DNA from: Reclinomonas americana ATCC 50394 | Taxonomy: Eukaryota | Assembly: GCA_048213135.1 (NCBI GenBank) | Contig: PS015101.1 | Location: forward strand, 89,456 to 124,712 | Reading direction: 5' to 3' | Length of the DNA: 35,257 nucleotides | Shown here: positions 22,635-34,100 of the stretch, one piece after another | Layout of the letters: every line of letters starts with the position of its first letter | How positions within the stretch are numbered: position 1 is the stretch's first letter | The notes under the pieces: model-generated | Seen by the model: the letters and a program-made list of their open reading frames with translations, nothing else | Told to the model about the DNA's origin: nothing | Databases searched by the model: none | Translations under genes and position numbers: made by a program

Positions 22635-25600
22635 GCGGCAAAGGCGCCACCGCCTCCGCCGCCACCACCAGCAGCAGCGCCGCCAGCCGCCTCTGCAGCT
22701 GCTGCAGGAGGTGCGAGTTGTCTCCGCTGTGTCTGCATGTCGATTGTCGCTCTTCTTCCTCATTGCGTTGGTGCACAGGTGGTGGTGGTGTGGTGCCGCA
22801 GACAGTCGTCACGGCAGTGTTGCGTGACGTTGGACTCGAAACGAAGCCACCATATGTGGTTCGTGTGGATGTATACACATTCTTACATCATCAGTTCCTC
22901 ATTGCATCTCTCGTGTCTGCAGTCGACCGGCAGCTACCGCATGAATGACACGTACCTGGCGGTGATTGACGACATTGCGAATGCCATGGCGGAAGGTGCG
23001 ACGGTGGCATGTGCATGATATATAAGTGTGTGTGTTGCGCGCAACTGACGAGTGACGACAAACTGCAGGGAGGAGCAGCATTACGGTGACCGCCGATCGG
23101 TTAGAGGCCATACGGGAATGCTTGCAGGGTTTTATGTTGAAGGACAAGGACTCGCTGGCCAACTGCACGGCGTTGGTGAGTCGATCCGTCGCGGTGACGG
23201 TTGTTGTCGCTGTTGCTTACTCGTTACATCCATCATCAGGCACCCAAATTGCGCGAGAGTCTACAGCGGCACAATGTGAATTGTGAGTCGATTCTCTTGT
23301 GTGCACTATTGCGTGACCGCAAGAGCTCACCTTTTGCCTCTGCGTGACAGCTTTCGCCGCTCCACTCTCCGAAGGGAGCCCATCATCGCATGCCGAGGCC
23401 GGTGAAAGAAGGAGAAGACCACGACTGGAGGTGGCGTGCGCCGCACAGCTCAACTGCCTGATCCCTCGATGTTAGTCTCACTCCCGACTCGCACAGCACA
23501 TTCCAATCGACGGTACTCCTGGTCCCGGTCGGCGACAACGCAGTCCGCTGGAGCGTGGTGCGTATGCGCAGATGCACAAGGGCACTGGAATGTACTCGCC
23601 GTATCCCGATGGTGAGTGCGCACTGGTCGCCGGGCACTGTGCCTGCATGCAGAGTACTCACACACTTGTGCGTCACAGAGAAAGGCGCCGCCCGTCGCAA
23701 GTTGCGAAGACCTCACTGCTGCTGCCAGCTCGTTTTAATAGAGTGAATCTGACAAGGTTCTTCGCAACGATGCAGGAAGGATGATGGCGCTGGTGAAGGT
23801 GCAAATGGCAAGCCGGCGAGGAAAGGTGGTCAACGGAGGAGAAAGCGCGACCGCAATGGGTTTGTTATCGTCTTTCGTTGTTAAATCTCCTCTCCGTCGC
23901 CTGTGCATCTCATCCTCGCGAATCGCAGTGACGAAATTCCCGGAACCGAGGGTCACGGCAGTAGTGGCGACGAGGATTCGGCGTCCATGGCGTCGTACAC
24001 TGTTGCGCAGTGATGCTGGGCGAGCCATTGCATGTCTATATCGCCCGTCTCACACATCTCCGCCTTCTGGGGTGCAGGAGGGAGGCGATGACTGGGCGGC
24101 AACGACTCCGGTTGAGGGCGATGGCAGTGCGCAGCCACGTCGTCCGGGCGCGAAGCCACCAGTGTCTGGCTCGGCTGTTCCATCTCCCCGTCACGCTGGG
24201 CAGTCGTGGAGCGACGCTCCAGAGGTTTGTCGTGGTGTCGCCGGGTAGTGAGCGAGCTATTGGCGCGACCTCACGTGCATCGCAGCCAATGGCACTGGAC
24301 GGCGCTGGAGTCGGTGGTGGGTCGCCGCAAAAGGGAACCAAAAAGGCTGGATCGAAGAAGACGGGCAGCGCTGCTGCGAACTCGGCCAAGACCGGCCGCG
24401 GAAAGGGAGCCACATCGAGTGGTTCCAGCGCCACGCCGCTGCCTGAGGCACCGCCCGAGAGTGGCTGCATGGGGCAGGGGTTCGGTGTGAAGAACGGCGA
24501 GTTGTGGACAGAGATGCAGGACTTTTTCGTGCCGTCTCACGTGCTCGACCCGAACGAGCTGACGTACAAGGTTTGATTGAGTGGTGTTTGAGTGGTGGTA
24601 TCGAGATACTAAAACACAAGTCCACGCACACAGCCCGTACAAGACGAATCACTCTTCCAGATACCACCACTGGGTCGGCCGTATGCGGAAAAATGGCACG
24701 ATGATGATGCACGCGGGCTCGATGCCAGCATGTTTGACGACGATGATCCGAGTTACATGCCGCGTGGCTCGTCCACTCGTGGTGGCGTCGGACGCATGTC
24801 GGACTACAACACTCCAGGTTGCGTATCTGGCGGATTGTAGAGAGGAAGTACCTGCCAGTGCTGACATGCAGACACTGTACACAGCGGCGCGAAAGCGACG
24901 GACGGCAGCGGCATCGGCGTATGGCGCCTACACGCCGTCAACTCCTGTTCCCTTGTCGACTCATCGTTGCGTTTCTGTGTGCGCGCATACATGGCTGCGA
25001 GGATATGTGTGAGTGAGTACTCACTGGTTTCCTTCCCCGACAAGCAGCAAGTACTCCATTCGAGGCTGAGCCGATTGAAGTCGAGTCGGAGGCATTTACC
25101 GCCGGTGGCGACGGTTCGCTCAAGTTCCTGAACGAGACGCAGTTGGACCCCGACGAAGTGGGCTTTGCATTGTCGGGACCCGCTTTGGCGAAGCGGTGCG
25201 TGCGCGCTCTCCCTCTCTCTCTGCTCCATTCTCGCTGCCGTTGTGCTCACTTCATGTGGTGCAGGTTACTTGGCGCACTGGTGAACACGCCGATGAACGA
25301 CAAGCTGCATGCTCAGTTCCGCGCGGTGCCCTTTGAGGTGCCCAAGGGAAGTGAGAGGGCGGGTGGCGAAGCCGGCGCTGGCGCTTCGTCTGCATCGTCT
25401 GCGTCGGGTGCAGGTGGTGCGGCCGGGGACGGCAGCAGTGATGGCGCTGGTGGCGATGTGGAGATGAAGGAGGGCGAGAGCCAGCAATCGGCGGCGGCGG
25501 CGGCAGCAGCAGGCGCTGCGGCTGGAGGTCCGCAGGTGGATCCCGTGTTGTTGTCATTCGAGGCCGACGGCTACGTCTTTGTACAAGAGGCGGCGCCGGC

Positions 25601-27698
25601 GATCCTCGTCAAATCCGGTGCAGCTGGTGATGCGGCCGGCAAGACAGACGGCAGCGGCAACGTCTCTGGGTCCACTGGCACACAACCGCTCGGCGTGTCA
25701 TCCTTCTTCCCGGCGTCGTCAGCGTCGTCGGCGGTGTCTGGTCTCGTGGCCGCCACCGCTGCGGATGAGGGGGGTGCGGTGGCGGCGGGGGCTGGAGGCA
25801 GTGGGTCTGCACTGACAATGTCGGCGGCCACTGGCTCCACCTCTACCACCACCACCACCACTACCACCACCACAACCACAACGGCATCCGCCGCCGCGGC
25901 AAACAGTGCGTCGGCGGCGGCGGCGGCCGCAGCTGCAGCAGGCGGAAGTGGCAGCGGACTGGCGCCTCCTCATGCCACCTCCTACAATTACCACCCGGCG
26001 GTGCTGAGTTCACTCGAACACCGCGTCACGCACCACCTCATGACGGGGGGTGTGCTGGAGGAGAACATGACGAGTGATGAGGTGAGCAGAGGGGGAAGGG
26101 CGAATGTGGAGAAGGGGGGAAAGAAGGAGAAGGGTGGGGGGCGAAGGGTGAAGGGAAGAAGAGGGTGAACGGAGAGCGAAGGTGGAGAGGATGGGAGACA
26201 GCCGGTAAAGAGGTGTGTTTGCGTGCGCAAGTGATTGTGCAAGTGGAGTGTGTACATGTGTGTGTATGTGTGTGTGCGTGTGTGCATTTGTGTGTGTCGA
26301 GGAAGTGTGCTGCGTGTGCGTGTTTCTGTGTAAGATGAGTGTGTGCGTGTTCTGTGTGCAAGTGCGTGGAGTGTCCGTGAAGCAATCTGTGTCATTGGTG
26401 TGTGTTTTCGCGTGTGCGGAGGAGGATGCGTTCCACGTCCTGCGCTACCACTTTCTCACTCATGCATTACACGCAGCTGCGAAATGTGTTTGCCGTGCGC
26501 GAGGACGACGAAATTTGCTCCGAATTGCGCAAGTTGCAAGCACAGCTTCGTCGGCAGCAGCAGGCGAATCAGACACGTGCCGATCGCTTCCGACAACGGT
26601 TAGTGGAGGTGTTGCCACAGGAGCAGCGTCGTGAGCAACTGCTGCAACGCTTCGCCGAGTGCGAGAGCAAGTACAAGAGGAGACAGCTGGTTTGTCGGTG
26701 GTGGTGATGGAGAGCGGTGGCGAGCTGTGTGTGCGTGCGCGTGTCTCACATTTATGTGTTACACAGAAAAAGAAAAAGAAGAAGAACAAGGAGTTGGGCC
26801 GCAGCATGCGCTTCCAGGAGAGTTTGTGGAATCAGTTGGTTAACACCAACACACCCGACCCGGTGCGCATTCGTGGTGCAAGTGCGGCGTCGGCAGCGGC
26901 CGCTGGTGGTGACGAAATGTTTGCGGAACCAATGGCACCCGCTGCGGTGGCAGCCACCACTCCCGGTGGCGGGCCAGCAGCAGCGGCGGCGGCGGCGGCC
27001 AGTGGTGGCGGCAAGCCGAGCGGCAAGGCACTCCCTTCGCATCTCCTGTTGCCGCCATCGCCGGCGTCGGGTGCCATGGGTAGTGCGTTTGGTTCTTCAT
27101 CCGGCTCGCTACCCATGACACCGTCGGCGGCCTCGGGTGACATGGGNNNNNNNNNNNNNNNNNNNNNNNNNNNNNNNNNNNNNNNNNNNNNNNNNNNNNN
27201 NNNNNNNNNNNNNNNNNNNNNNNNNNNNNNNNNNNNNNNNNNNNNNNNNNNNNNNNNNNNNNNNNNNNNNNNNNNNNNNNNNNNNNNNNNNNNNNNNNNN
27301 NNNNNNNNNNNNNNNNNNNNNNNNNNNNNNNNNNNNNNNNNNNNNNNNNNNNNNNNNNNNNNNNNNNNNNNNNNNNNNNNNNNNNNNNNNNNNNNNNNNN
27401 NNNNNNNNNNNNNNNNNNNNNNNNNNNNNNNNNNNNNNNNNNNNNNNNNNNNNNNNNNNNNNNNNNNNNNNNNNNNNNNNNNNNNNNNNNNNNNNNNNNN
27501 NNNNNNNNNNNNNNNNNNNNNNNNNNNNNNNNNNNNNNNNNNNNNNNNNNNNNNNNNNNNNNNNNNNNNNNNNNNNNNNNNNNNNNNNNNNNNNNNNNNN
27601 NCTCGTCGTCGGCACTGGGCATGGAGCTGGACTTGCTGGACGGCAGCGTGGACTTGTTTGGCTCGAACGTCTACCAGGGCGACTCCTCGATGTACTAA
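22635..27698 (+). CDS. TADA3: Transcriptional adaptor ADA3/NGG1 (SAGA/ATAC HAT module); 5' end obscured by an N-gap, internal gap near the 3' end
   Basis: ADA3 motifs in order: LWTEMQDFF, IPPLGRPYAEKW, GPALAKRLLGALV, LSSLEHRV..HL..GGVL, EDDEICSELRKLQAQLRRQQQANQTR. Probable stop TAA 27696-27698. Confidence 0.85.
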
Positions 27699-27736
27699 CG
27701 GTTGGGCGAAAAAATGTATGGTCGACTTTAATTTTT

Positions 27737-29549
27737 TTAGCTCTCTTTGCAGCTGGGTGGTCTCGGCAGCCATTCTCGCTCGACCAGTACGCGCAGACAC
27801 TCGGCTGCTGCGCTCTCCTCGGCCATTCTGGCTGTACGTCCACAGCATCCCTCCTGTCCCGCCAAACACCTCCACCTCGTCATTCGGCAGCACGCACCAC
27901 GCGCGCCACTCGTGCGTCGATTCGGTGACAGCGATGCGCTCCCTGACGTACTCNNNNNNNNNNNNNNNNNNNNNNNNNNNNNNNNNNNNNNNNNNNNNNN
28001 NNNNNNNNNNNNNNNNNNNNNNNNNNNNNNNNNNNNNNNNNNNNNNNNNNNNNNNNNNNNNNNNNNNNNNNNNNNNNNNNNNNNNNNNNNNNNNNNNNNN
28101 NNNNNNNNNNNNNNNNNNNNNNNNNNNNNNNNNNNNNNNNNNNNNNNNNNNNNNNNNNNNNNNNNNNNNNNNNNNNNNNNNNNNNNNNNNNNNNNNNNNN
28201 NNNNNNNNNNGGGTGTGCGCATGTAAAAGTCGGTGGGATGCGAGGCCACAAACTCGGCCACGACCTCGCACGGATTCTTTTCGTACGACACGGCCCTGCA
28301 TGTGTTGATGAAAGTGAGCTTAGTTGGGGAGCGGCGATGGGGGAAGGGATGGATTTGAGCGCAACGGATCGTCGGCGTGAACCATCGCGGTGCCGATAAA
28401 GAACAGCAGCGAGTACAAATCGTTGAGCCACTCCTGAATGAGTAACCTGTCGGCGTCGGTCGCGTGCAAGGCGTCGCATACTTGCGACAGTTCGCCTGTG
28501 GGGGAGTGGGAAAGGGAGGACAAGCGGAGATGAGCGATGGGGCAGTCAACTCACCAATCACGGCCTCGACACTGCACAGGAGACACACGTGAGCCACAAA
28601 GATGCACGTGTCAACAAAGCAATCGCGCAGGCTCACGCAACACGTCGCCCTTGGCCTTGATCTGTGCTGAATCCTGCAGCGGCACCTCGCTGGTGATGGT
28701 AATATGATCGGCCAGCTCAATCACATCGTAGCAGAGACTCAGCGTGAGGTTGGTCACACACGAGGAGCGATAGGTGGACAGCACTGCGCCGCGGAAAAAG
28801 TCAGCGCAAAAAAGAGAAAAAAGCAAGAAGGAACACCAAATTTAGCCCGCAACAATGCGCGTCAAAGAACGGGAATGCCTGCGCATGCGCGCACAGCTGC
28901 TTAGCGCAGCGACAAAGTAGACAGGCACGTGCACGTAGCTGCTCACCTGCATGACCTTCTTCGTCAGCGCCTCTTGCAACACGGAATCTCCATATGTTTC
29001 ATCGCCTGCATGCATATGCACCAATCTGTGAGACACAACTCGCAAGCAAAAACTGATCGCGCGGGTTGCGAAGGTACATCGTTGCGCAACGATCAAACTG
29101 CCGCGTGGTCCGCTGCACCGCATAATGCAAGTGCGGCGCAATGAACACAAATCGATCAGACAAGTCCTCTGCGTGATCGTCAGTCACTTGATATGCACAT
29201 CCAGCATACACGCAGACAGAGTCGACGCACTTGCACACTTTTGCACGTGCGACTGCCGCAAGGCGGCGCGCTGCGCCGGAATGCTCTTGACAGGACGCGG
29301 TCTGCGTTGAACGCCTGCGCTGCTGCCACTGCTGCCACTGGTCACACCGCCGCCATTGTGTCCTGGAGACTTGGCGCGTGTGGGAGAGGCAGAGTGAGGG
29401 CGCGCGCGAGGGCGTTGGAAGAGCGGAGGCTGTGTGATCACACGCGCGCGCGCGCGTGAAGGAACACAGGCAAAGAGTGTGAGTGCGCATTGGTGAGCGG
29501 GTTCTGTGGAGAGTGAGCGACAAGGTACCTCACGATGTGCGTCGGTCAT
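27737..29549 (-). CDS. Single-domain ribonuclease III with a C-terminal dsRNA-binding domain (~9-10 exons, N-gap inside)
   Basis: Spliced: FDRDETYGDSVLQEALTKKVMQAFPFFDAHLLSTYRSSCVTNLTLSLCYDVIEL...IKAKGDVVEAVIGEL matches the RNase III pattern ERLEFLGD...P...LxxxRSxxVxN...KxxADxxEAxIG. dsRBD-like KNPCEVVAEF ... RTARMAEESAAAECLRVL. Confidence 0.8.
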
Positions 29550-29732
29550 TGTGCGCGCGTGTGGGTGAGTGAGTGTGTGTGTGTGTGAGTGGGACAGACA
29601 AGGGAATCCGGCGGTTTCCGGCAACCTGTGACAGATCGTGCGGTGTGTGAGTGAGAGAGTGTGTGCGTGTTGCTCTGTCCCTCTGCGTCTGTGTGAGTGC
29701 ATTCGTGTGTGTGTGCGCGTGTGCGTGTGAGC

Positions 29733-31072
29733 ATGTGTGAGGAAATCAGTGTGAATCTGTTCAAGACCGATGCCAGTGGTGTGGTGTGCTCCACCATTGT
29801 GCACCACTTGATCAAGCACGTGCTGTATGTGCGTCAGCAGATACCATGGTGAGGCGAGCTCAAGCATGTGCGTGAGAGAGAAGAAAGATGAGATTGATTG
29901 TGTTTCGCGCCCATTTGCGCAGTCCTCTGGAGCAAGTGTGGCAGATGACTGAGCAGGTTTGCGCTCTCCGCGTCTGTCTCTGTCTGCTCTCACACTCGTT
30001 GCTCACCGCACTGGGAAGATGTCTCCGCCTGCGCCTTCATCGCTCTCCTCGTCGGCGGACGACGAAGACGAGGAGGAAGAACAAGAGAGAAGACCGCAAG
30101 GACCCTCGCTCTCGCTGTTGGAGCGCAAGTGGGTCAAGGTACACTCACTGCACTCACAGCCTCCTCCTCCTCCCCTCCCTGCTCACTCGATTGCTTGCCA
30201 GTTCGCCGAGTCCAGTCGTCGTATGATGTCGGTGCTTGATCGGAGATTGAGAAGAGTTCCTTCGCTGGTGGCCTTGGTGCTTGGCGCGTCGCCGACCACG
30301 CCCAAGGAGGTGACACTGGTGCGCTTTCATCACGGGGAGCTGGACGCAGCAGTGGATGGGAGCGATCCAACGCTGCGGAAGCACGCGGATGATTGCGGGA
30401 GACGCGTGTTGCGCACAGTGGTGCAGAGTGCGCCGTCGTTTATGCATGCTGGCTTGAGTTTCGCTCGCCTCCACTCTCCCAGCTTGTTTTCATGCGCTGA
30501 TGTAAGTGGCACAGGCAAGACCAAGATGCACGTATTGTGGTGCGATACAGAGGGAGGCGACGTCGTCGGAGAAGAAGAGGATGACGGGGTGTTGCCGAGA
30601 CCAGAGGGCTTTGAGTTGAAACTGCGCACGGCCAAGGTGCTGGTGGTGCACGTGTTCTTCCGCAACTCGTCGTTGCGTGCTTCTGCTATTATCATCGCCT
30701 GCGAGGGTGTCGCTCATGTGGAGAAACAACAGTTTCGATCCGACGTATAGCGCCTTGTCGGATCCGAGTGCACGCTCGTCGGCCTTGGTGCGCTGCCTCA
30801 AGACGCAGGTTGTGCGACGACAACGCGGCTCGCAAGCATCATCGTCCACCATACACGAGAGAGAAGACCAAGAGGAGGAGGAGGAAGACGCGGATGCCTG
30901 CTCGTCGACGTTCACTTGGTTCCAATGTCGAAGCACTCTGAGCGGACTCGGCACGTTGCCTCCGCCTCAAGAGAAGCAGCGTGCGCGTCGACTGGTCGGC
31001 AAGATGGGCTTGCGCTTCCGTGCACGAACAGAGTCGGAGAAGGGAGAAAAGGCGATGGAAGGCGATGAATAA
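29733..31072 (+). CDS. MAD2L1BP: p31comet / MAD2L1-binding protein (HORMA domain)
   Basis: Spliced: HLIKHVLYVRQQIPCPLEQV, LVLGASPTTPKE, CGRRVLRTVV, VLPR..FELK and FTWFQCRSTLSGL match the p31comet motifs LLKHIMYQRQQLP, LGxxxxSPKE and WFQxxxxxKG. One junction (~30640-30705) is unresolved. Confidence 0.85.
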
Positions 31073-31113
31073 AGCGGGTGGGCGTTTTCTGAAGTGTCCT
31101 GTCTGTTTGTTGA

Positions 31114-34100
31114 ATGTGGCGCCCGCGACTGAGCAAAGTGCTGGTGGACTTGGCTGTCCTCAAGCGGTGCGAGCGCACGCGGCGATGTCCGTCGTCTTCT
31201 GTCTCTCTTGCTCACTGTGTGTGTGTGTGTGATGCAGTTGTCAGCATGTGCTTTCGCGCGCCTCGAAGGATGTGTCGTTTGAGGAGGCCTCGGCAGCGGT
31301 GCGCGATGTCAGTGCGCTGTTGCGCAGTCGGTGGGTGTGGGGGTGATAGGGGAAAGGGAGGAAGGGGATAGAGAAGAGAGAGAAGAGAGAGGAGAAGAGG
31401 GAGCAACGAAGATGAAAAGGAGAGAGGGGAGGGAGGGACTGGAGGAGAGAAAGAGAGAAGGATTGGGAGGAGAGAGCGCACAACAGCAGAGAAGGAGAAG
31501 GGAGAGGGAGAATGGGAGGTGAGAAATTGGAGGAGAGGGAAGGAGAGGAGAGGCGATTGACTTGCAGACGCTGTTGACAAAGACAAGAGCTGATAACGCG
31601 GTCCACAGGCGACTGTTGACCTGTCTGCGCCCAGCTGATCGCACCCATGGTAACTGTCGAGCTTGTTGTGTGCGTGCTCTTCTGTCGTCGCTCACTCATG
31701 CTGTGGTGATGCAGCCACACGCGATGCAGCCTCCACAGAGATCGTGACACTCTTCGCCTCGAGGGTCGGTGCATCGCCACCAGCATCGTCGTCGACGTCC
31801 TCCGCTGTGGACACGCTCGTCATGTTCACCAGTGAGGTTGGATTGAGTATATGTCATCGGAGAGTGTGCGCGATGCCTGACTGCTGGAGGCGCAGTGTGT
31901 TCTCGCTGCTGTGCGTGCCGCCGCTGTGTGGCTGGAGAGTCTGGCTGCCGACGCCTGCCGACCGGAGCTGGACGATGATCAGGCGGTCGATGCAATGATT
32001 CGAGTGTGGAGGTTTTTTGATAATCCGCGCTGTCTCCCCTTGAGGAGCCTCCTGACGATGACGACGTTGGTGGTCGTGCTTGTGCAGAACGGCCTCCGAT
32101 CTCGCCAGTGGATGCGCCTCGTTTTGTGCCGATCGTACACTGCTGGACACAGATGGCGTATTCGCCAGCCAGAATCATGAACGTGAGGCACCCCGTGCGT
32201 CCCCATCGGCTGCACAACTTTCCCACCCTGCGCCCCGCAGTCATGTCGTCGATCGTGTCGGGTGGCGAGCTGCTGCAGCAGTGGGCCACGGCTCGCGCAC
32301 AGCGCATCGTATCGTCGTCGTCGTCGTCCAATGGCAGCGACAGTGCCTTTTCGAAGCGCTTCTGGGAGTCATGCACGTCCACAGATGGTGGCAGAGGGAC
32401 GCCGGAATGGTCCCTCGCACGCTTGTGGCAGCGCGAAGAGCCGCTTGTCGCTGCCGTGGCGCAGCACATTGCGGTCGACCGATCACTGTTTCGGTGTGTT
32501 ATAGATTGACTGAGGTGGAGTGCCTAGTCGGCATTGTCGAGTGACGGTGGTGTGGCTGCAGGTGTCCGCCTCCTCACTTGGCGTGGAGTCTGGGCGCGAG
32601 TGTGCAGGTGGTGCGCAAACGGGACGATGTCTTTGCGGGGTTCGAAGGCACTTTTTTCGAAACGTTGCGCCAGAGTGTGAATTCAGTCTTGCAGGATGAG
32701 CAGCCGAGTCACTGTGTGCGGTTGCGTGCAGTGTGGGAAGACACTACTTTCAGCAATTGTCTCGCGTGCCAGTGTCTACCGATGCACCGCGCGTCAGCCG
32801 GGCACTGAGTTGCACATCATTCCCCTGTTCAATGACGACGAGCAGTTCCAACTCATGTTGCGATAATGGCAGGCGCCCTCTCGCACGTACCCGGCGATCC
32901 ATCTCATCGACAGGCGCTATTCGTTGCCACCTTGCCGCTACTGGTCTGCTTGATTGACAACGCACATGATTGTTATCCGTGCTTGACTCGCCTGTCACTC
33001 CACAGCGCGATCTGTTTGATGCTCAGCTGTTGCCCTACGTGCACGACGTGCACGCGGTGGCCAACGACATTACGAAATCGCTGGCCATGGTCGACGTCAC
33101 CGCCAATCCACCACTTGTGTTGCTCACGTACCCGATGACCGATGCGAGCGAGCGGACACGCGACTTTGTGATTCCTATCACATGCGCAGCGGGTTCCGTG
33201 GTGCAGATTGTGGATGCGTGGCTGGCCAACGGATGGACATTGTTGGCGACGCAAGCGGGTGGGGCGAGTGCAGAAGTGGAGGTGTGTGTGGCATGTCGCG
33301 CACGGTTTGATTCTCTCAAACTGAACGCTTCTTCGCATGCGCACAGGCCGAGTTGCTTCCGCCGCTTCCACCGCCACTTGTAGGCGGAGTGAGTGGTGAA
33401 AGTGACCAGGATGAATCCGACATAATACGAGTGGCCGTGGCGCGTGCTCGTGCATTGCCCAACACGGCCGCCGATCCGCAGTTGTGGCGTGCACTCTCGT
33501 CGGCACCGGCCATGCGTGTGCACGTGCTGTCGGCATTGCATGGTGTGCTGCAGTCGGTGGTTTGCTGGTCGGCCAACTTGGTGCAGCGCTATCCGTCCTT
33601 TGTCAGCACGAAGCACGCATTTGGTGTGCTTGGCGACTTGTGGGAGGTGACTGAAAGCGTTTCAGATGATGGCATACTTTCGACTGACGAAAGTGGCGAC
33701 GTGCAGATTCGCTCCGCTGCCAGTCACTGCCTGAGCAAGCTGCTGGCGGACGAGCACGCCAGAGACAGTACGTGCTTCCCCGCCAATGCGTCGTCCATCC
33801 TCGATGACAGCGGTCTCTCCATGGTGCTGGCGCGCCTCTTTGATGCCGCGCTGCGCGAGTTGGAGTCCAACATTGCCGGTCACTTTGAGCGCCACCTCCA
33901 CAAGTCGCTCTACTCGATTAGCACGGCCGGCGGTCGCATTCTGCCCGATGCGGTGTCGCCGTGGGTGTTGCTGCTGGTGCGCCTGTGGTGGTGAACCTCA
34001 ATGTGCGTGCCATTTTGGGGAGCTGTCTGACCCGTCACCCCTCTCAGTTGACCGAGCTGTGGACGCCCGCCATGGAAGCACTTCGCCAGCATCCGCTGGA

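Noticed and set aside
28320-28700. Resemblance to PduO-type cobalamin adenosyltransferase (VEA..G; L...LF.IG)
   Set aside because: With the upstream exons spliced in, the segment fits RNase III with all catalytic positions, and the PduO motifs are out of order.
4321-28720. Long ORFs in the track that span runs of X
   Set aside because: They are artefacts of translating through N-gaps.
29903-29911. E2F-like TTTCGCGCC as a promoter site
   Set aside because: It lies inside the first p31comet intron (29849-29922), next to the acceptor.
3089-33346. Introner-type mobile introns as the source of the GTTGCG class
   Set aside because: By eye the introns share only the donor hexamer and similar length, with no internal similarity, terminal inverted repeats or target-site duplications. 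An all-vs-all alignment would settle it.
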